11,620 bases of DNA, taken from positions 1 to 11,620 of the forward strand of contig JAYSWN010000086.1 of the NCBI GenBank assembly GCA_043718025.1, read 5' to 3'. The notes under the pieces are model-generated. The model was given only the letters and a program-made list of their open reading frames with translations. It was not told the DNA's origin and did not search any database. Shown piece by piece: positions 5,868-11,620 of this stretch (its first letter is position 1; each line of letters starts with the position of its first letter). The DNA is from Pseudomonadota bacterium. Lineage in GTDB: Bacteria > Bdellovibrionota > FAC87 > UBA2466. A program made the position numbers and the translations under genes.

Positions 5868-8099
5868 TTAGTTCTTCTTTTGCACGCGTTCTGCCGAAGT
5901 GACGCCTGGAACGCCGCGCAATTCAGAGAGAATGGTTTTAAGCTGCTTCAAGTCGGCAATGGTGAGCGAAAATTGGCAAACGGCCCGGCGATCTTTGGTG
6001 GTGCCAACGCGGGCGTTGGTGATGTTGACGTTATGCTGGCCAATCGCATCGCTCATGTCGGCCAGTAATCCTGGTCGATCGGTGCAAATGATACGAATCT
6101 GCACTTTTCGCTCGGCGGGTTTGCTTAAGTCCCAGTCGATATCTACCAGCCGGTGAGGATCGGTACCCAATACCTTGGGGCAAGCTTTGGCGTGCACGCT
6201 GATGCCACGGCCGCGCGTGATAAAACCAATGACGTTGTCGCCGGGAACCGGGCTGCAACAGCGAGCAAAACGTACGAGTAGATCATCTACTCCCCGTACC
6301 TTAACCGTCTGACTGGTCTTGCTCTTTTTAGCGGCCTCTTCGGCGATACGCTGCATCGGCGCCTTTTTCTCGGGCGCCGCGGTAGACTCTCGGTTGGTGA
6401 CCTTGGTTAAAATCTTTTTGGCCGAGATCTTTCCGTATCCGACTGACGATAAAAGATCGTCGGCGGTCTTAAGTGAAAAAGACTCAGCAATTTTTTGCAA
6501 CGATCCGTCTTTGATCATGACCGACAAATTTACGCCGTCGCGACGAAATTCTTTTTCTAAAATGTTCTGTCCTGAAATCTTCGACGTGTCGTGCTCTCGA
6601 GCCTTGATGTAGGCACGAATCTTATTCTTGGCGCGCGAGGTTTTTACAATCTTGAGCCAGTCTTTATTCGGAAACTGGCTGGGCGAGGTAAGCACCTCGA
6701 TCGAATCACCACTCTTAAGCTTGTACTTTAGCGGCACAATCCGCGAATTCACTTTAGCGCCGATACAATGAGTGCCCAGTTCGGTGTGAACCGAATACGC
6801 AAAGTCTAACGGCGTCGCCCCTTGAGGAAACTCCATCACCTTGCCCTTGGGTGTGAACACGTAAACATCTTCAGAAAAGAGATCGAGCTTCACCGTTTCT
6901 AAAAACTCGGTGTTGTCCGAAACCTCTTTGTTCCACTCTAAGAGGCGATTCAACCACGAGAAGCGCTCTTGTTCCCGGCTAAGCCCACCGCCGGCTTTGT
7001 AAACCCAATGGGCGGCGATACCGCGCTCGGCGGTGTCATGCATTTCATGCGTGCGAATTTGAATTTCGATACGTTCGCCACCCGGTCCGATCACGGTGGT
7101 GTGCAACGACTGGTAAAGGTTGGCCTTGGGAATGGCGATGTAGTCCTTGAATCGTCCCGGCACCGGCGTCCACAAACTGTGGATCACGCCCAGCGTGCCG
7201 TAACAGTGCTCAATTGAATCCACCATGATGCGAAACCCGGTGATGTCGTAAATCTGCTCGAAGGTAAGCGACCGTCGTTCCATTTTCTGGTGAATACTAA
7301 AGAAGTGTTTGGGGCGCCCTTTCACCACAGTATTCGCGTAGCCATGGTCTTGAAGTGCCGCCTGAATCATGGCCTGTACATCGGCCGTGTACTTTTCACG
7401 CTCTTTTATCTTTTTGGCGACCTGGGTGACCAGCTTGTAATAAGTTTCTGGTTTGGTGTAGCGCAATCCTAAGTCTTCGAGTTCGCGTTTTACTGAAGAC
7501 AAACCCAGGCGGTTAGCCAACGGAGCATAAATATCTAAAGTCTCTTGGGCGATGCGCGCCTGTTTTTCTGGTTTCAAGTGCTGCAACGTGCGCATGTTGT
7601 GAAGGCGGTCGACGAGCTTTACCAGAATGACGCGAATGTCTTTAGCCATCGCCAAGATCATCTTGCGAAAGTTTTCGGCCTGCTTTTCTTCCGAGGTTTG
7701 AAAAGAGATTTTGCTGATTTTGGTCAATCCATCGACCAAAATTGCGATCTCGGGGCCAAACTCTTTTTGAATTTCCTCGAGCGAGGCGACGGTATCTTCA
7801 ACCGTGTCATGGAGCAGGCCGGTGGCCACGGTAATGGCATCTAAGCGCAACTCCGCCAAAATATGGGCCACCTGAAGGGGGTGATATATGTACGGTTCAC
7901 CGCTGGTACGGCGTTGTCCCTGGTGGGCTTTAAACGAGAATGCGTAGGCTTTGCGAATGATATCTAAATCAGCCTTGGGGTGATTGGTAAGCACAAGCTG
8001 GCACAAGGCCTCTAAGCTATCCGTACTGGCGTTTGCCTCTTCGGCATCTATTTCTGGCGCAACTTCGACCACCAAAGTAGGCGGGCCGTTTTTTTTCAC
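5868..8099 (-). CDS. rel: Bifunctional (p)ppGpp synthetase/hydrolase (long RSH, Rel)
   Basis: Intact hydrolase motifs (HQGQRRTSGEPYIYHP, LLHDTVEDT, KLVDRLHNMRTL) and synthetase motifs (GRPKH, RFKD = RxKD type, YQSLHTT, EIQIRT). TGS (VFTPKG...TPLDFAYSVH), Cys/ZFD (ARCCSPVPGD...VH..CP) and ACT/RRM (DRPGLLAD) domains follow. The likely start is GTG at 8099, overlapping the gmk TGA (GTGA) with AGGAAGGAG upstream; the ORF track uses GTG 8108. Confidence 0.95.
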   Translation of the reverse strand: MKKNGPPTLVVEVAPEIDAEEANASTDSLEALCQLVLTNHPKADLDIIRKAYAFSFKAHQGQRRTSGEPYIYHPLQVAHILAELRLDAITVATGLLHDTVEDTVASLEEIQKEFGPEIAILVDGLTKISKISFQTSEEKQAENFRKMILAMAKDIRVILVKLVDRLHNMRTLQHLKPEKQARIAQETLDIYAPLANRLGLSSVKRELEDLGLRYTKPETYYKLVTQVAKKIKEREKYTADVQAMIQAALQDHGYANTVVKGRPKHFFSIHQKMERRSLTFEQIYDITGFRIMVDSIEHCYGTLGVIHSLWTPVPGRFKDYIAIPKANLYQSLHTTVIGPGGERIEIQIRTHEMHDTAERGIAAHWVYKAGGGLSREQERFSWLNRLLEWNKEVSDNTEFLETVKLDLFSEDVYVFTPKGKVMEFPQGATPLDFAYSVHTELGTHCIGAKVNSRIVPLKYKLKSGDSIEVLTSPSQFPNKDWLKIVKTSRAKNKIRAYIKAREHDTSKISGQNILEKEFRRDGVNLSVMIKDGSLQKIAESFSLKTADDLLSSVGYGKISAKKILTKVTNRESTAAPEKKAPMQRIAEEAAKKSKTSQTVKVRGVDDLLVRFARCCSPVPGDNVIGFITRGRGISVHAKACPKVLGTDPHRLVDIDWDLSKPAERKVQIRIICTDRPGLLADMSDAIGQHNVNITNARVGTTKDRRAVCQFSLTIADLKQLKTILSELRGVPGVTSAERVQKKN

Positions 8100-8683
8100 A
8101 GTCCGCACTCCTTCCTCACCACTTCCTTAAGCTCAGCGTAGGTGGTCTGCAAATTTTCGTTAGTGATTTGGTAGTCGAACCAGTCGCACTGCGAAATTTC
8201 TACCCGCGCGTTATCCAGCCGTTTTTGAATGGCCTCTTCAGAATCTCCCCGGCGCGCCCTCAAGCGGCGTTCTAATTCTTCGAGGGAAGGGGGCAAGATA
8301 AAAATTAAAAGCGACTGCTCAGGGTAGAGTTGCTTAAGACTTTTGGCCCCCTGCACGTCAATATCAAAAAGGATGTGATGCCCTAGCTTGAACTGTTCCT
8401 GAATGGTGCTTAACGAGGTTCCGTAACGATTTTGGTGCACGAACGCCCATTCGGCAAAATCGTGTAGATCAATCTTGCGCTCGAACTCGGCTTCGCTAAC
8501 AAAATGGTAATGGGTGCCATCGACTTCATTGGGTCGCTTGGGGCGAGTGGTGGTTGAGACGCTGAGAGAAATCGAAGGAAATTCTTTGAGCAGAAGTTCG
8601 CACAGCGTGGTTTTGCCTCCGCCGCTCGGGGCCGCCAATATGATGAGGCGTAATTTGGAAACGGCATTTCCCTTAGGAGGCAA
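8096..8683 (-). CDS. gmk: Guanylate kinase
   Basis: P-loop APSGGGKTT, then SVSTTTRPKRPNEVDGTHYHFVS, EWAFVHQNRYGT, DIDVQGA, FILPPSLEELERRL. The start is uncertain. TTG 8683 (11-bp overlap with remA) is preferred; ATG 8728 and 8746 are in-frame alternatives. Confidence 0.95.
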   Translation of the reverse strand: MPPKGNAVSKLRLIILAAPSGGGKTTLCELLLKEFPSISLSVSTTTRPKRPNEVDGTHYHFVSEAEFERKIDLHDFAEWAFVHQNRYGTSLSTIQEQFKLGHHILFDIDVQGAKSLKQLYPEQSLLIFILPPSLEELERRLRARRGDSEEAIQKRLDNARVEISQCDWFDYQITNENLQTTYAELKEVVRKECGL

Positions 8684-8999
8684 ATTCCCCTTCTTTCCAT
8701 TCCAATTCGCAACGTTTTGCGTGGGCATCGTTCTTCTGTGGGCCATTTGGGTTCAGCCGCTGCGTTATTTTCAGCGGGGTGAATGAACTTAAAATGACGT
8801 GCCCCGAGTCGGTAACCACAATGGCGCGGGTCTTTCGGCCGGCGGTGGCGTCCAAGAGTCGGTTCTCTTTTTCGGCTTGCTCCCGAAGCCTTTTCGAAGG
8901 CAGCGAGGTGCTGGGCTGAACGGCCACAATTCGCTCTGCCATCACAAAGTTGTCATAACCTAATGAAAGAATAGCGCGATCTTCTTTTCTATTCGACAT
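8673..8999 (-). CDS. remA: DUF370 / RemA-family protein (extracellular matrix regulator-like)
   Basis: LSLGYDNFVMAERIVAV..S.PSKRL....LLDATAGRKTRAIVVTDSGHVILS matches the RemA/YlzA pattern, and the gene sits in the canonical position between yicC/yloC and gmk. Start ATG 8999 (11-bp overlap with the yicC end) is preferred over 9044. Confidence 0.9.
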   Translation of the reverse strand: MSNRKEDRAILSLGYDNFVMAERIVAVQPSTSLPSKRLREQAEKENRLLDATAGRKTRAIVVTDSGHVILSSFTPLKITQRLNPNGPQKNDAHAKRCELEWKEGEFAS

Positions 9000-9873
9000 T
9001 TTGGACCTGTTCCCTGAGCCGTTCCACAAGCCCTTTTCCTTCAACGACCAGTTGAGTCAATTCAATCCACTGGGATTTGGTCCCTAAAGTATTTAGCTCA
9101 CGATGAAGCTCTTGGGTTAGAAAATCCAGCTTTTTCCCAATTCCTTTGTCCTCGGAGCCTACGGTCTTTTGAAACTCTACCAGGTGCGACCCAAGTCGTT
9201 CTAATTCTTCAGTAACTTCGCCTTTATCCGCATAAAAGGCGATCTCCCATTCAAGACGCTGCGAGTCCACCGGCGCGGTCAGATTCCAGCCCGCCACCCG
9301 GTCGCGCACCTTTTTTTCGGTACGTTTGCGCTGTTCGGGGGCTAGAAGCTGTAGTTTGGCTACAATTTCATGCAGCACCCGAAGTTCCTTGGCTAAGCTC
9401 TCCTTAAGGCGCCGGCCCTCGGCCATGCGCATGGTCTTTAGTTCGGTTAAAAGTTTGTCCAACACCGGGTTCATGCCGGCGAGAAAAACGTTGGCGTCCT
9501 GGCTGGTCTCCTGGGCGATGAACACCCGTTGGGTAAGCGCAAAAAACTCTAGGGTGGGCTTTGAATTGATTCGGTACTGAAAATTCAGACGATCACAGGC
9601 TTCAAGTAAGCTCTGCACGGCCCCCTCGTCGAGACCAAACCGCGTCATCGATGGGGTGTTTTCATTGGCTTGCGTTCGAAAAAAAATTTCAATCGACCCG
9701 CGGTCGAAATACGATCGTACTTTTTCCACGATGGGGAGTTCAATGAGCGCCAGTGAACTTGGTAGTCGAACGCGTACGTCCAGAAAACGGTGGTTCACCG
9801 ATTTCACTTCTAATGAAAAACGTGTTCCTCCGGCCTCTCCGTCGGCACGAGCAAATCCGGTCATCGATTGCAT
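8989..9873 (-). CDS. yicC: YicC/YloC-family endoribonuclease
   Basis: MQSMTGFAR, EVKSVNHRFLD, RG.IE, R..EG..L, EVTEELERLGSHL, GKKLDFLTQELHRELNTLGTKS, and the terminal REQVQNVE. ATG at 9873 has GGGAG upstream and sits 1 bp after the miaA stop. Confidence 0.95.
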   Translation of the reverse strand: MQSMTGFARADGEAGGTRFSLEVKSVNHRFLDVRVRLPSSLALIELPIVEKVRSYFDRGSIEIFFRTQANENTPSMTRFGLDEGAVQSLLEACDRLNFQYRINSKPTLEFFALTQRVFIAQETSQDANVFLAGMNPVLDKLLTELKTMRMAEGRRLKESLAKELRVLHEIVAKLQLLAPEQRKRTEKKVRDRVAGWNLTAPVDSQRLEWEIAFYADKGEVTEELERLGSHLVEFQKTVGSEDKGIGKKLDFLTQELHRELNTLGTKSQWIELTQLVVEGKGLVERLREQVQNVE

Positions 9874-9874
9874 G

Positions 9875-10834
9875 TCAGGCTCCCAGCACAAAATTTAGGT
9901 TGTCGACTTCTTTGGCCACGCGATCTCCATCGCGACCATCCACAAAACGTATTTCTGCATCGCTTCGAATCCACGTGATCTGGCGTTTGGCCAGTTGGCT
10001 CGTTTTATTGATGATGTCGTTGCGAAGCTGTTTTTCGGTAATCTGTTTATTCACGTGGGCACACGCTTCAACGTAACCAACGCTCTGCAATGCCCGGGCG
10101 GTGGGGTATTTTTCCATCAGCGCCGCAGTCTCTTTCACCAGACCATCTCGAATCATCACGTCGGTGCGCATGGTAATTTGCGCCGCCAGCGTGTGGCGTG
10201 AAATCGCCATTGAGTATTTCATCCAAATGCGATTGCTGTGATGAGGTGATTTGTGAGCGGGTACCAACTCACTCGGTTTCTTTCCCGTAGCACGAATTAC
10301 GGCCAGGGCGCGAAGCAAACGGTATTTATCGTGGGGATGAATGTTTTTTGCTGATCCCGGATCGGCTTTTTGCAGATCCTCGTGCATGCGGGTGAGGTCC
10401 AAGGCTTCGTCTACGGCGTACTCTTTTTCAACTTCGTTGACCACGTCGTCTGAGATCTCCGGCACCGGATACATGCCGTGCTGAAGCGCGCGCAGATAAA
10501 AATACGTGCCGCCCACAATAAGGGGCAGCTTGCCGCGCGAAAGGATGTCGTCGATCGCCGCGTGCGCTAAATCCACGAACTTTCCGGCTGAAAAATCTTC
10601 AAGTGGGTCGAGAATGTCGACCAAATGATGGCGAATCTTTTTTTGGCTGGCGGCACTGGCCTTGGCCGAACCGATATCGAAACCGCGGTAGACCGTGGTT
10701 GAATCCAGGCACAATATTTCACCGTTAAGCCGTTCGGCAGTTTGCATCGCGAATTCGGTTTTGCCGCTTGCCGTTGGCCCAAGTAAAGCCAGGCAAAGCG
10801 ATTTTCTTGAGGGGATGGTCATTTTGTCGTTCAC
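9875..10834 (-). CDS. miaA: tRNA (adenosine(37)-N6)-dimethylallyltransferase
   Basis: GPTASGKT, DSTTVYRGFDIGSAK, HHLVD, IVGGTYFY, IHPHDKYRLLRAL, SVGYVE, LAKRQITW. It lies directly downstream of mutL. Start is GTG 10834 or ATG 10822. Confidence 0.95.
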   Translation of the reverse strand: MNDKMTIPSRKSLCLALLGPTASGKTEFAMQTAERLNGEILCLDSTTVYRGFDIGSAKASAASQKKIRHHLVDILDPLEDFSAGKFVDLAHAAIDDILSRGKLPLIVGGTYFYLRALQHGMYPVPEISDDVVNEVEKEYAVDEALDLTRMHEDLQKADPGSAKNIHPHDKYRLLRALAVIRATGKKPSELVPAHKSPHHSNRIWMKYSMAISRHTLAAQITMRTDVMIRDGLVKETAALMEKYPTARALQSVGYVEACAHVNKQITEKQLRNDIINKTSQLAKRQITWIRSDAEIRFVDGRDGDRVAKEVDNLNFVLGA

Positions 10835-10842
10835 CGTGAGTG

Positions 10843-11620
10843 TTATCCTTTTCCTCGTTCAAACTGTTTTGCTAAAAAATTCCAACTCATTCTCCAGAGC
10901 ACGGGGCGCCCATGGGGGCAGGTCCAGCCTTCTTCGAGATCTCCTAGCCGTTCAATCAGGGCGCGGGCCTCAATTTCAGAAAGCCGTTGCCCCGCGCGTA
11001 CCGAAGCGTGGCATGCCCAGGTGGCAAAAACTCTGCGGTACCACGACTCTACCTCGTCGCCGGTGGCCACCTCACTCTCCTCCGCCGGAGACTCCACCAG
11101 CAGTTTCAAAATTGCTTTAAGTAGCTCGGGGGCCCGCGCGGCGTCGATCAACACTGGATACGCTTTGATCGCCACGTCGCCGTCGCCAAAGGCGTCCGCT
11201 TCAAAGCCTAAGTTTCTCAAAGTGGCCCCACACTTGTCGATAGCCACCACCAATTCTTTGTCGAATCGCACGATTTGGGGCACCAAAAGTTGTTGGGAGA
11301 GCGGGTTTTGGTTGGCTTTGGCCGTCCGAATCTTTTCGAACGTCTGTTTTTCATGCAAAGCGTGCTGATCGAAGAGCACCAGCCCTTGTGCGTCTTCACC
11401 CACCAGATAACTGGCCCCGGCTTGCCCTAAATAGCGAAAACCCGAGATCGCTTGGGGCAGGGTTACGGCTACGGGTGTCGCGCGTCCTAAGGATTGAGTG
11501 GGTGCAAAACGACCAGAGGGCGATGGGGCCGTTGAGGACGTCTGGGGAGGCTTCCCGTAGAATTCTCCGCCGAAGTTCCAGTTCGGAGCCCTCTCTTGTG
11601 GCGATACTTTGCAAGGTGCG
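10843..11620 (-). CDS. mutL: DNA mismatch repair endonuclease MutL, linker and C-terminal domain (5' end outside the window)
   Basis: I translated the frame past 11403; it stays open to the window edge through a P/S/T-rich linker and FRYLGQAGASYLV. Motifs: DQHALHEKQTFE (DQHAxxExxxxE), QQLLVP (beta-clamp binding), ACH and CPHGRP. Confidence 0.95.
   Translation of the reverse strand, partial: APCKVSPQERAPNWNFGGEFYGKPPQTSSTAPSPSGRFAPTQSLGRATPVAVTLPQAISGFRYLGQAGASYLVGEDAQGLVLFDQHALHEKQTFEKIRTAKANQNPLSQQLLVPQIVRFDKELVVAIDKCGATLRNLGFEADAFGDGDVAIKAYPVLIDAARAPELLKAILKLLVESPAEESEVATGDEVESWYRRVFATWACHASVRAGQRLSEIEARALIERLGDLEEGWTCPHGRPVLWRMSWNFLAKQFERGKG

Noticed and set aside
10843..11403. Stand-alone 186-aa MutL C-terminal protein
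   Set aside because: The frame stays open to the window edge, so this is the end of a longer mutL.
228..11614. Remaining short antisense or alternative-frame ORFs (60-141 aa)
   Set aside because: All lie within well-supported genes and show no family motifs; they are consistent with shadow ORFs.
1..11620. tRNA, rRNA, CRISPR array, IS or integrase
   Set aside because: The window is nearly all protein-coding, with a largest gap of 53 bp. I saw no periodic repeats or recombinase motifs.

Overview
An almost fully coding bacterial window. Its gene content resembles Deltaproteobacteria/Bdellovibrionota-type genomes, but this taxonomy is inference only. The right two-thirds is one tightly packed minus-strand run: mutL (3' part), miaA, yicC/yloC, remA (DUF370), gmk, bifunctional rel (RelA/SpoT), an ECF sigma factor of the kinase-associated TIGR02999/ECF43-like type, and a membrane Ser/Thr kinase. 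Every junction is an overlap or a gap of 8 bp or less. The left part has a plus-strand B12-binding radical SAM gene, divergent from a minus-strand tatD-family/tcdA pair. The most interesting element is the ECF-kinase module appended directly to rel. The sigma carries a QPT-ALVNE motif in place of DAED, suggesting activation by phosphorylation. The kinase is atypical: non-RD (HLD), DFN instead of DFG, and about 6 C-terminal TM helices with no TPR or large extracytoplasmic domain. rpoZ and hfq are missing from their usual positions. A 12-bp direct repeat brackets the tatD-tcdA pair. I saw no RNA genes, CRISPR arrays or mobile-element genes. All assignments come from motif recognition by eye; no searches were run.
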